A DNA stretch of 64,000 nucleotides, from positions 161,145-225,144 of the forward strand of contig CBDHDB010000001.1 in the NCBI GenBank assembly GCA_965261385.1. The letters run 5' to 3'. The DNA comes from Dehalococcoidia bacterium (lineage in GTDB: Bacteria; Chloroflexota; Dehalococcoidia; Lucifugimonadales; Australimonadaceae). The notes beneath the pieces were generated by a model. That model was not told the origin of the DNA. It saw nothing but the letters and a program-made list of their open reading frames with translations, and searched no databases. A program made the position numbers and the translations under genes. Positions 29,547 to 38,137 of this stretch are shown here, one piece after another (the first letter of the stretch is position 1; the number at the start of each line of letters is the position of its first letter).

Positions 29547-29807
29547 TTACGACAACGGCTCAATCTTCCCAGGCGTCTCTAGGCGCGTCCTGCGCTCCCA
29601 TGCCTCGTACAACTCTTCCCTGTGGAGCGCTGCCCATTCCACTACGAGGCCCAGCGCCCGCGCGGGAAGTTGGCCGCGCGTAACAGCGAGGGGGCCTATC
29701 TCGACCGTCGCTTCGTGGTCCTGATAGATCGCATGGAAGTGAGGCGGCGCGTGGTCCCTAAAATGCATCCGTATGACAATGCCGTAGAACCGTGAGAGCT
29801 CAGGCAC
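29547..29807 (-). CDS. DUF4160 domain protein
   Basis: GTG 29807 gives VPELSRFYGIVIRMHFRDHAPPHFHAIYQDHEA..., the hallmark DUF4160 N-terminus. Overlaps the upstream DUF2442 gene by 8 nt. Confidence 0.75.
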   Translation of the reverse strand: MPELSRFYGIVIRMHFRDHAPPHFHAIYQDHEATVEIGPLAVTRGQLPARALGLVVEWAALHREELYEAWERRTRLETPGKIEPLS

Positions 29808-30084
29808 TGGCCTGCGTGCTCTTCTCGGCAAGCTCCAACTCTTCCAACGTCTTGCCCGTGAGCTCCATGTAGAGGGCGTCCGCGCAGATATCGATATCGT
29901 CACCCCAGGCGATGGCGCGGTAGTCGGTGAGATGCACCGACTCGAAGAAGGCTCGGTCATCCCACGCGGCGAACACGCCTTGGCCCACCATGTCGGACAA
30001 GTCCACCTCACCGGAAGCGCCGTCGCTGTAGCGCACCCATATCCGGTAGCCTTCGCGAGCCTCTACTGCCATTGGCTTGAGCAT
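29800..30084 (-). CDS. DUF2442 domain protein
   Basis: 94 aa. ...YRIWVRYSDGASGEVDLSD......AIAWGDDIDICADALY pattern typical of DUF2442. Confidence 0.75.
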   Translation of the reverse strand: MLKPMAVEAREGYRIWVRYSDGASGEVDLSDMVGQGVFAAWDDRAFFESVHLTDYRAIAWGDDIDICADALYMELTGKTLEELELAEKSTQASA

Positions 30085-30223
30085 ACCTTCCCTCTGTCGG
30101 GAGTATAACAGTGAACGGAGCGGAAGGCGGTTGGTGCGAGGGACAGCTTCGGCGCGTACAGCCTCCCGCTTGCATCACCCCTGCGGAGGTTCGCCCCCGC
30201 CCGCCACTGCGCAGTCCTCCCAC

Positions 30224-30460
30224 CACTGTGACACTTGCCCCTTACCCAAACCCTCTGCCGTGTTCTATAACTCGCCGCCGCTCATAGAGAGAGCCAATGC
30301 CGATTTGCGTGTTTTCACATTTAATTCGCGCTCTTGAACGCAGGAAGCAGGCCGTGGCCTGCTAAACAGCCCCGATCAAGAAGCCGAAGGTACCCCTTTC
30401 AGCGACACAAACCACCAAGGTTTACGAGTAAAAACCCCCATCAAGAAGTCGATTTGCTCC
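30224..30460 (+). repeat. composite element copy C (most diverged, gene-less)
   Basis: CACTGTGACACTTGCCCCTTACCC (30224-30247). AGGAAGCAGGCCGTGGCC (30342-30359). One inverted iteron-like unit GGTTTACGAGTAAAAACCCCC (30419-30439). Direct repeat CCC(G/C)ATCAAGAAG(C/T)CGA at 30371 and 30436. Confidence 0.65.
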
Positions 30461-30585
30461 CACACCGCGGACGGGCCGGGGAGGCTATCTCCCTCGCAGA
30501 CGGTTCCACCCGCCGCCCGCCCATCTTGGCGCAGCCGCGCGGCTCGTGTACGCTCGCGGCATCCTGGCGCGCGGGAGGAATAGCT

Positions 30586-31692
30586 ATGGGCGACGAAATC
30601 GAGGTCAACCCTTACTACGGGGTCTTTCCGTATACCGACTTCATCAAGGACGAGGGCATCCCAATCCACGAGGCCTACTCCATCGACTGCCATACCGTGG
30701 AGCTCGAGCCGTGGGAGCGCATGGGAGGACTGGGCGCCTATGTCCACCTCGCCGGACGCTCCGACTATCTCTCGTCCTACGTGGTCGAGATTCCCCCGGG
30801 CGGACAGCTCAACCCCGAGCAGCACCTGCACGACGAGCTCATCCACGTCGTTTCAGGACGCGGCGCCACCGTCATCGAGACGCCCGAGGGCAAGAAGTAC
30901 TCCTTTGAGTGGGGGCCGTCCGCCATCTTCGGCATCCCGATGAACGCGAAGCACCAGATATTCAACGGCTCCGGCACGGAGCCCGCCCGGCTCGCGGCCG
31001 TCACCGACCTCCCCATCATCTTCAACGTCTTCCGCGACAAGAGCTTCATCTACGACAACCCGGTCACCTTCCCGTCCCGCTCCGACACCGCCCGATACTT
31101 CGACGGCGAAGGCGAGTTCCGCGAGGTCAAGCCCGGTCGGCATCAGTGGGAGACCAACTTCGTCCCCGAGCTCGTCAATTTCGAGCTTCCGCCGTGGGCC
31201 GCCCGCGGCGCCGCCGGGAACAACATCCAGTTCTTGCTCGCCGACTCGTCGATGCACTGCCACATCTCCGAGTTCCAGCAGGGCACGTACAAAAAGGCCC
31301 ACCGCCACAACGCCGGCGCCCACATCTTCTGCGTCACCGGCGAGGGCTACTCTCTGCTCTGGAAGGAAGGCGAGAACCCCGTGGACACGGTCCGCGTCGA
31401 TTGGAAGCCCGGCTCCCTCTACGCTCCGCCCGACGGGCCCACCTACCACCAGCACTTCAACGTCGCCGACGGCCCCTCCCGCTACTTGGTCTTCGGCTTC
31501 GGCGGCGCGCGCTACCCCGTCCTCGAGTCCAAGATGGTCGGCTACGAGAACATGGACAAGTCCGCCAAGGAAGGCGGCCACCAGATCGAGTACCAGGACG
31601 AGGACCCCCGTATCCTCGACCTCTACGAGACCGAGCTGCAGAAGCGCAGTCTCAATTCCAAGATGCGAGAGTTCGTCGGTTCGCGGACCTAG
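30586..31692 (+). CDS. bicupin metalloprotein (putative dioxygenase), paralog 1
   Basis: ATG 30586 with GGGAGG upstream, 368 aa. Two cupin metal motifs (PGGQLNPEQHLHDELIHVVSG and GTYKKAHRHNAGAHIFCVTGEG). Confidence 0.8.
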   Translation: MGDEIEVNPYYGVFPYTDFIKDEGIPIHEAYSIDCHTVELEPWERMGGLGAYVHLAGRSDYLSSYVVEIPPGGQLNPEQHLHDELIHVVSGRGATVIETPEGKKYSFEWGPSAIFGIPMNAKHQIFNGSGTEPARLAAVTDLPIIFNVFRDKSFIYDNPVTFPSRSDTARYFDGEGEFREVKPGRHQWETNFVPELVNFELPPWAARGAAGNNIQFLLADSSMHCHISEFQQGTYKKAHRHNAGAHIFCVTGEGYSLLWKEGENPVDTVRVDWKPGSLYAPPDGPTYHQHFNVADGPSRYLVFGFGGARYPVLESKMVGYENMDKSAKEGGHQIEYQDEDPRILDLYETELQKRSLNSKMREFVGSRT

Positions 31693-31722
31693 ACCACGCG
31701 GCTGGCCTAAAGGAGATTGCAG

Positions 31723-32826
31723 ATGGGCGACGACGTCGAGTTCAACCCGTATTACGGAATCTTTCCCTACCGGGAGTTCCTCAAGGAAGAGGGCGTCCCC
31801 GTGTTCGAGGGCTACGCAGTCGACTGCAACACGGTCCCCGTGGAGCCGTGGGGGCGCTTAGGCGGACTGGGCACCTACGTGCATATCGCCGGCAAGAGCG
31901 ACTACCTCTCCGCCTACGTGGTCGAGATTCCCCCCGGCGGACAGCTCAACCCCGAGCAGCACATGCACGACGAGCTCATCCACGTTATCTCCGGGCGCGG
32001 CGCCACCGTCATCGAACGCCCGGACGGCAAGAAGTACTCCTTCGAGTGGGGCCCGAGCGCGATCTTCGCCATCCCGCTCAACGCGAAGCACCAGATATTC
32101 AACGGCTCCGGCACGGAGCCAGCCCGGCTCGCCGCCGTCACGGACCTCCCCGTGATCTTCAACGTCTTCCGCAACCCGGACTTCATCTACAGCAACCCCT
32201 TCCAGTTCCCCGAGCGCATGGCCGCCGAGAAGTACTTCGACGGCGAAGGCGAGTTCCGGCAGGTCAAGCCCGGCCGGCACCAGTGGGAGACCAACTTCGT
32301 CCCCGAGCTCGTCAACTTCGAGCTCCCCCCGTGGCTCGCGCGCGGCGCCGCCGGAAACAACATCCAATTCCTCCTCGGCGACAGTTCGATGCACTGCCAT
32401 ATCTCCCAGTTCTTCGAGGGCACGTATAAGAAGGCCCACGCCCACAACGCGGGCGCGCATATTTTCTGCGTCACCGGCGAGGGCTACTCCCTGCTCTGGA
32501 AGGAAGGCGAGAACCCGGTGGACGCGGTCCGCGTCGACTGGAAGCCCGGCACCCTCTACGCTCCGCCCGACGGCCCCACCTACCATCAGCACTTCAACGT
32601 TTCGGAGGGCCAGTCCCGCTACCTGGTCTTCGACTTCGGGGGCGCCCGCTACCCTGTCCTCGAGTCCAAGATGTGGAGCTACGAGAACATGGACAAGTCC
32701 GAAAAGGCCGGGGGCATGCAGATCGAGTACGAAGACGAGGACCCGCGCATCCACGAGCTCTTCGAGAGCGAACTCGCCAAGCGGGGCCTCAGGTCCCGTA
32801 TGCACGAGTTCGTCCCGGCCAGATAA
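31723..32826 (+). CDS. bicupin metalloprotein, paralog 2 (tandem duplicate)
   Basis: ATG 31723 with AAGGAG upstream, 367 aa. Colinear with paralog 1 and identical at roughly four fifths of positions by eye. Confidence 0.8.
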   Translation: MGDDVEFNPYYGIFPYREFLKEEGVPVFEGYAVDCNTVPVEPWGRLGGLGTYVHIAGKSDYLSAYVVEIPPGGQLNPEQHMHDELIHVISGRGATVIERPDGKKYSFEWGPSAIFAIPLNAKHQIFNGSGTEPARLAAVTDLPVIFNVFRNPDFIYSNPFQFPERMAAEKYFDGEGEFRQVKPGRHQWETNFVPELVNFELPPWLARGAAGNNIQFLLGDSSMHCHISQFFEGTYKKAHAHNAGAHIFCVTGEGYSLLWKEGENPVDAVRVDWKPGTLYAPPDGPTYHQHFNVSEGQSRYLVFDFGGARYPVLESKMWSYENMDKSEKAGGMQIEYEDEDPRIHELFESELAKRGLRSRMHEFVPAR

Positions 32827-32876
32827 CCGCCGTACGATAGCCCACGATAGGCCCTCCGAATTGGAGGGCCTTCGTT

Positions 32877-33332
32877 TTGTCCGCGGCCTACCCCTGTCGA
32901 CCACGGTCGTTCTTCGGAGCAGCGCTGGCGGTCGACCAGGCCGCTGAAATCGGTCTGCCGGTCGCCAACCTGACCTCCCAGAAGACCATGGATGAAGGGC
33001 TGACCGCGGAGATCGGCGGCGAGGTGGCGGTCATGGCCGATGCTCCCCACCCGGCGGCGGCCCAGCTGTTCATCAACTGGTTTTACTCCAAGGAGGGTCA
33101 GGACGTGAACACGCGCCTAACGCTTGACCCCGACCCAGACCCATCACTGCGCAAGGACATCCCGCAGAACAAGGTCTCCGACGAGCGATTCGCTCTGGTC
33201 AGTCAGATCCCCCAGCTCCAGGAGGAGGGGAGGATCGAGGTGATTGAGTTCACCGAGGAATGGCTGAACCTCATCGAAGAATCCCGCATCTACATGGACG
33301 GCCTCTACCAAGAGTTGGGCCTTCCCTGGTAG
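32877..33332 (+). pseudogene. C-terminal fragment of an ABC substrate-binding protein
   Basis: Only ~130 C-terminal residues look SBP-like (...AVMADAPHPAAAQLFINWFYSKEGQ...). No signal peptide or N-terminal lobe. Abuts the bicupin pair. Confidence 0.55.
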
Positions 33333-33547
33333 ACCGCAGGCCTATTGATATGAATGACGAGAGGGCCGGTGCACCAAACTTGTGCACCGGCCCTCTGAGC
33401 GGAAGACAGGTCCGCGTCGGCTGCGATCCGGCCACACCAAGGATATTGACTAGTCGGTAGGAGTGGCGGTGGCTCCAACCGGAGCCGCTGTCTGTAGAAG
33501 AACGGCGGAGCCCAATCTCTCCCATAGCGGATTGGGAGCCCCAGAAC

Positions 33548-35381
33548 TTGGTAGGAGGAACGATGGGGCAGGAACGGTTGGGGGCTCTCCGCCGCCTCAG
33601 TCCGATCAAACTCAAGCCTGGCACGGGGACGCTGATAATGGCCGTCACCATTCTGGTGATTGGCTTCTATCTCATCTACCCCGTCGTGCTCCTGCTCATC
33701 ATGAGCTTCAACACTGCGCGGGATGTGCTCATCGGGCCCGCAACGTGGGGTCTGGATAACTGGATCAACGCCTGGGACCAGCCACCCCTCTTCACGTCGC
33801 TCAGGAACTCTTTCACCGTCTGGTTCTTGGTGATGATCACGAGTTTCCCGATTGCAATCACAATCTCGCTGGTCCTCGCACGGACCAACATACCTTTCGC
33901 CTACGGGCTCGAGTACGGCTTCTGGGTGGCCTACCTGTTCCCCGAGCTGTCCTCCCACAATCGGCTGGATGATGCTGGCTGACCCGGACATCGGCTTTCT
34001 CAACAAGGCCTTGGAGCTACTTCCGTTCGTGGACGAAGGGCCGTTCAACATCTTCAGTTTGCCAGGGATTGTCTGGGCCAAGCTGATGGCTGACGGGATA
34101 GCGTTCAAGGTGATGCTCTTCACTCCGGCTTTCCGGAACATGAACCGGACGTTAGAAGAACCGGCTCGTGTGTCCGGGGCGTCCAACCTGGCAACTGTGT
34201 TCAGGGTCACATTGCCGGTGATGGCCTCGCCGATCATCCTGATTCTGGCGCTCCAGCTCATCAGAGTGTTCAACGGGTTCGAGATTGAGTTCTTGCTCGG
34301 CATGAGGTGGGGGTTCTTTGTCTACTCCACCCAGATCTACAACCTCGTGTCCGGCGCCAACATCCCCGACTATGGCCAAGCAATCGTGTTGGCGAGCGTG
34401 ACGCTCTTGATAATCGGCGCGGTGTTCCCGCTCCAGCGTTGGATACTCTCGCGGCGGCACTACACCACGATCACCGGTACGTTCCAGCCTGGCCTGATGG
34501 ACCTGGGGCGCTGGAAACTGCCGGTTGTGGCGACGATTGTCCTGATTCTGCTGCTGCTCACGGCCTTGCCTTTCATGATTGTTGTCATGGGCAGCTTCAT
34601 GGCGCGCGCTGGATTCTTTAACACGACCCCGCTCTGGACGCTGGGACACTGGCAATACGTGCTCACTGACCCCGGATTCCTCAAAGGGTTCCGTACCACC
34701 ATGATCCTGGCGCTCACCGCCGGCTTCGGCAGCCCGATTCTGTTCTCCTTGTTGGCCTACATGATGGTGCGCACGACGTGGCGAGGGCGACGTCTCCTTG
34801 ACTCCATCATCTGGGTGTCGGCTGCGATTCCCGGCATCTTGTCCGGGCTGGGCCTGCTCATCATGTTCCTCAGCACGCCAGGGCTTACGTGGTTGTATGG
34901 GTCAATCTGGGCCCTGATCCTCGTCGTCGTCATCTCAGGCAACACGACGGGTACAAACGTGTTCAAGGGCGTGATGGTCCAACTCGGCAAGGACCTCGAG
35001 GAAGCGGCTCGCGTTTCCGGCGCCCGATGGCTGAGGACCTACTTCAAGGTCGTCATCCCTGTGCTCATGCCCACGATGGTGCTGATCGGGACGTTAAACT
35101 TCGTGAGCGCGGCCTCCACCACGTCAAGCATTGTGCTCTTGGCTTCACACGAAACGCGCACACTCTCGCTCATCGCATCGGAGCTCGCGTCGCCGGAGCT
35201 CAACCAGCGGGAGGCTGCCGGCGTGGTGAGCCTGTTCATCATGATGCTTACGCTAGGCCTCGCGTTGGTCGCGCGCCAACTGGGGCTGAGGATCGGGCTC
35301 CGTCAGGACATGCGGTCGAATGACGCGAAGCAGCGGAGGTCTCAAGAGCGTTCCACCGTCCCAGCGACCGATCCGATCTAG
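33548..35381 (+). pseudogene. two-domain ABC transporter permease (FbpB/ThiP-like), frameshifted
   Basis: ORFs 33548..33982 and 33852..35381 are one permease split by a 1-nt frame change near 33941-33956 (...GFWVAYLFPE | PTIGWMMLADPDIGFLN...). Two EAA-type loops (EEPARVSGAS and EEAARVSGAR). Confidence 0.7.
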
Positions 35382-35552
35382 GGGTGAAATCGTCCTGGTG
35401 GGGTTCGCCCCGCACATGCCCGCCGAGCGCGGACAACCCAGCGACCCTCTCCGTGCTGCACGCCGCGCTCCTAGGCCGAAGCGAACCCAAGGGGCCCAAC
35501 GCCGCCGCCGCATGCGGCCCCATGCCCGCCGACCCTCCATAGGCGTTATAAT

Positions 35553-36053
35553 ATGACAGGTATCACGATGCAGTACACGCCCGCACATCATACCGAACCT
35601 GCCCCGTCTCCAGGCATCGCCTCCGTTCTCACGCGGCGGCGCAAACTCATCGTGCTCGGCGTCGTGCTCCTCGCCGCCTTCGCCTACTTCGGCTTCACCG
35701 CTTTCCAGACCGCCACCTCGTTCTACCTCACCGTCGACGAGCTCGTCGAGAGCGACGTCGGCGCGGGGCAGTCGGTCCAGGTCAAGGGAAAGCTCGTCGA
35801 CGGCAGCTTCTCGCGGGACAGCGCCAACAACACTCTCGCAACCTTCCTGCTCGAGGAGAACGGCGTACAGCTTCCGGCAAGGTATGACGGCGTGCTCCCG
35901 GACCTTTTCTTCAACCCTCACTCCGAAATCGTGCTCGGCGGGACCTACGAGCCCGACGGCGGCCTCACCGCTAACCGCGTCTACGTGAAGTGCCCCTCCA
36001 AGTACCAGTCCCTCGAAGTCGAAAATCCCTACGACGACCTGACTAGCGCCTGA
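35553..36053 (+). CDS. ccmE: cytochrome c maturation heme chaperone CcmE, CXXXY variant
   Basis: 166 aa. N-terminal TM anchor, OB-fold region (VQVKGKLV...). Heme-binding site reads VKCPSKY (Cys147 at nt 35991-35993) instead of HxxxY. Start may be ATG 35568. Confidence 0.8.
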   Translation: MTGITMQYTPAHHTEPAPSPGIASVLTRRRKLIVLGVVLLAAFAYFGFTAFQTATSFYLTVDELVESDVGAGQSVQVKGKLVDGSFSRDSANNTLATFLLEENGVQLPARYDGVLPDLFFNPHSEIVLGGTYEPDGGLTANRVYVKCPSKYQSLEVENPYDDLTSA

Positions 36054-36559
36054 TGGCCCAGGCCCCTACGCCTCCCCCGCAGCGATTCGCGCAGGGCGGT
36101 CGCCAGGTTCTCGACGCCCAGTGGCTCGCCTACCTCGTGCAGACCCGCGACATCGGCGACGGCGCAGCCCTCGGGACGACCGGCCTGTTCATGCGCGGAA
36201 TCAACGAGTTCAACGAGGCGCGGTTCCAGGCCAGCCACGAGACGTGGGAGGCGCTGTGGGTCAATGCGGCCTACCCGGAGCGGCTATTCCTCCTCGCGCT
36301 CACCAAGCTCGGAGCAGGTTTTGCCCACGCGCTCCGGCGCAACCCGAAAGGCGTTCGTCGTCTGCTCGACGACGCCCTCAGATTCGCAAGGCCGTTCGCG
36401 CCTCAGTACGCGGGCGTAGACATGGAGCGGCTTCTCACGGACGTGGGCGACTGGCTGAAGTCCGGCTTCTATGGTCCGCCCTTCCCCGAGCTCACCGTCA
36501 TAGGCGAGCGTTCGCGCCCAACAGAAACCCCCGCCCTTCCGAAGAAGGACGGGGTATGA
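36053..36559 (+). CDS. DUF309 domain protein
   Basis: 168 aa. FNEARFQASHETWEALW...LLALTKLGAGFAH pattern of DUF309. Start overlaps the ccmE stop. Confidence 0.7.
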   Translation: MAQAPTPPPQRFAQGGRQVLDAQWLAYLVQTRDIGDGAALGTTGLFMRGINEFNEARFQASHETWEALWVNAAYPERLFLLALTKLGAGFAHALRRNPKGVRRLLDDALRFARPFAPQYAGVDMERLLTDVGDWLKSGFYGPPFPELTVIGERSRPTETPALPKKDGV

Positions 36560-36579
36560 ACCATGGCGATATGGAGGTC

Positions 36580-36750
36580 TTAGGCCGCGGCGTCGACTCG
36601 CTGCTCCGCGACGGCGACGGCAACCACTGGTCGATGTTGGGGCAGGTCGATCATGTGGCCGCACTGCACGCACTGGAAGTAGTCGCCGTACATGTCGCCC
36701 GACTCCCGCAAGTCCCCACCGCACCGCTGGCATGCCTTGAACTGAATCAT
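36580..36750 (-). CDS. small zinc-ribbon protein (not in the ORF track, 56 aa)
   Basis: MIQFKACQRCGGDLRESGDMYGDYFQCVQCGHMIDL... with two CxxC pairs. GGGAGGTGGAG sits directly upstream of ATG 36750. Confidence 0.5.
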   Translation of the reverse strand: MIQFKACQRCGGDLRESGDMYGDYFQCVQCGHMIDLPQHRPVVAVAVAEQRVDAAA

Positions 36751-36911
36751 CGCTCCACCTCCCTACATCCTCACTCTAACTACGATCAGGCCGTACCCTT
36801 GGGTTCTAGTCCTTCCGCGCCTGTACTGGTTAGATGCCGAAATCGCTGGACCGATGTCGCGCGCTCTAACTCTCAACAGGCTCACTCCTCAATCTTCTCG
36901 CATGCGCTTTC

Positions 36912-36940
36912 TTGACATGGACCGTATCAACCAGTACTAT
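36912..36940 (+). promoter_or_regulatory. candidate sigma70-type promoter of hspR-grpE-dnaK
   Basis: TTGACA (36912-36917), 17 nt, TACTAT (36935-36940). Lies 70 nt upstream of ATG 37011. Confidence 0.5.
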
Positions 36941-37010
36941 ACGACTTGTCCCGATAGAGCGCAATACCGCGCAGTAGGCCTGCTGAAACACGAGTAACGG
37001 GAAGTTCGAC

Positions 37011-37508
37011 ATGCAGCACCGTGGCAGACCAACCAACAGTCAGCGTTTCAGTCCTCTCTTCCAGCCCATCGGCCCTACCGAGCGCGCCGGCGTCCCCATG
37101 CGTCGTCGGCAGCCGGAGCCTGGACCCGACTCGCAGGACGCAGACCCCCGGGACGCCGAGGAAGGCCTCTACATCATCAGCGTCGCCGCACGCATCCTCC
37201 GCATGCACCCACAGACCCTGCGCAAGTACGAGCGCGTCGGCCTCGTCCAACCCTCGCGCACCATCGGCATGCTCCGCCTCTACTCGGAGCGCGACATCGC
37301 AAAGCTCCGCATGATCAAGCACCTCGTCGATGAGCTGCGCCTCAATCTCGCCGGCGTTGAGATGGCCCTCGCGGTCTTCGACCGCCTCACCAACGCCATG
37401 GACGCGGCGGAACGCCAAGCCGCGCGGCCCCCCGCGACCTTCGAGCAGGCCATGCAGGACATCTTTGACCTGTTCTTCGGTCGCGCCCACCCTTCAAACG
37501 AGCGGTAA
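37011..37508 (+). CDS. hspR: MerR-family heat-shock regulator HspR
   Basis: LYIISVAARILRMHPQTLRKYERVGLVQPSRT...RLYSERDIAKLRMIKHLV MerR HTH. Lies directly upstream of grpE-dnaK. Start could be the internal ATG (MRRRQPE). Confidence 0.8.
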   Translation: MQHRGRPTNSQRFSPLFQPIGPTERAGVPMRRRQPEPGPDSQDADPRDAEEGLYIISVAARILRMHPQTLRKYERVGLVQPSRTIGMLRLYSERDIAKLRMIKHLVDELRLNLAGVEMALAVFDRLTNAMDAAERQAARPPATFEQAMQDIFDLFFGRAHPSNER

Positions 37509-37512
37509 GCAA

Positions 37513-38070
37513 ATGTTTGCAGACGACGATCAACAGCCCCTCTCTCAGTCCTTCCCCGGGAGTGAAGAGGAAGCCGGACAAAGCCCCGAGGAGCACCTGC
37601 CCGACGACCCTATCTCCAGGCTCGAACGGGAGCGCGACGAGATGAAGGCCATCGCCTTGCGCTCCCAAGCCGACTTCGTGAACTACAAGCGGCGTGTCGA
37701 GGAGGAGCGTTGGGCGCTGGCCCGCAACGCCTCCAATCAGGTGATATTCAGACTCCTCCCCATCGTCGACGACCTGGAGCGGGCAGTCGACGCCCTCCCC
37801 GAGGACGCGCCCGAGAGCTGGGGAGGCGGCGTCAAGCTCATCCTCCAGAACATGGATGCGCTCGTCTCAGCGGAAGGCGTAACGAAGTTCGAACCCACGC
37901 CCGGCGACCCCTTCGACCCCGCCGAGCACGAGGCCGTCTACCATCAACCAACCGACGACCAACCCGCCGGCTGCGTGCTCAGCACGTTCCGCTCCGGTTA
38001 CCGGAGCCAGGACCGCGTGCTCCGGCCGGCCCAAGTGATAGTGGCGCGAGCCGCCGAGTCTCCCGATTAG
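37513..38070 (+). CDS. grpE: nucleotide exchange factor GrpE
   Basis: Internal ATG 37513, 185 aa. RSQADFVNYKRRVEEER...LLPIVDDLERA...FDPAEHEAV motifs. Confidence 0.9.
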   Translation: MFADDDQQPLSQSFPGSEEEAGQSPEEHLPDDPISRLERERDEMKAIALRSQADFVNYKRRVEEERWALARNASNQVIFRLLPIVDDLERAVDALPEDAPESWGGGVKLILQNMDALVSAEGVTKFEPTPGDPFDPAEHEAVYHQPTDDQPAGCVLSTFRSGYRSQDRVLRPAQVIVARAAESPD

Positions 38071-38137
38071 ACCGGCGGCAATCAATCAACGACTGCACAA
38101 CCCGACTGCGTAACCAAGGAGAACGAGGAGCTACGGA

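Noticed and set aside
30334-30585. 84-codon N-terminal extension of the first bicupin ORF
   Set aside because: It covers composite copy C. The paralog alignment and a GGGAGG SD support ATG 30586.
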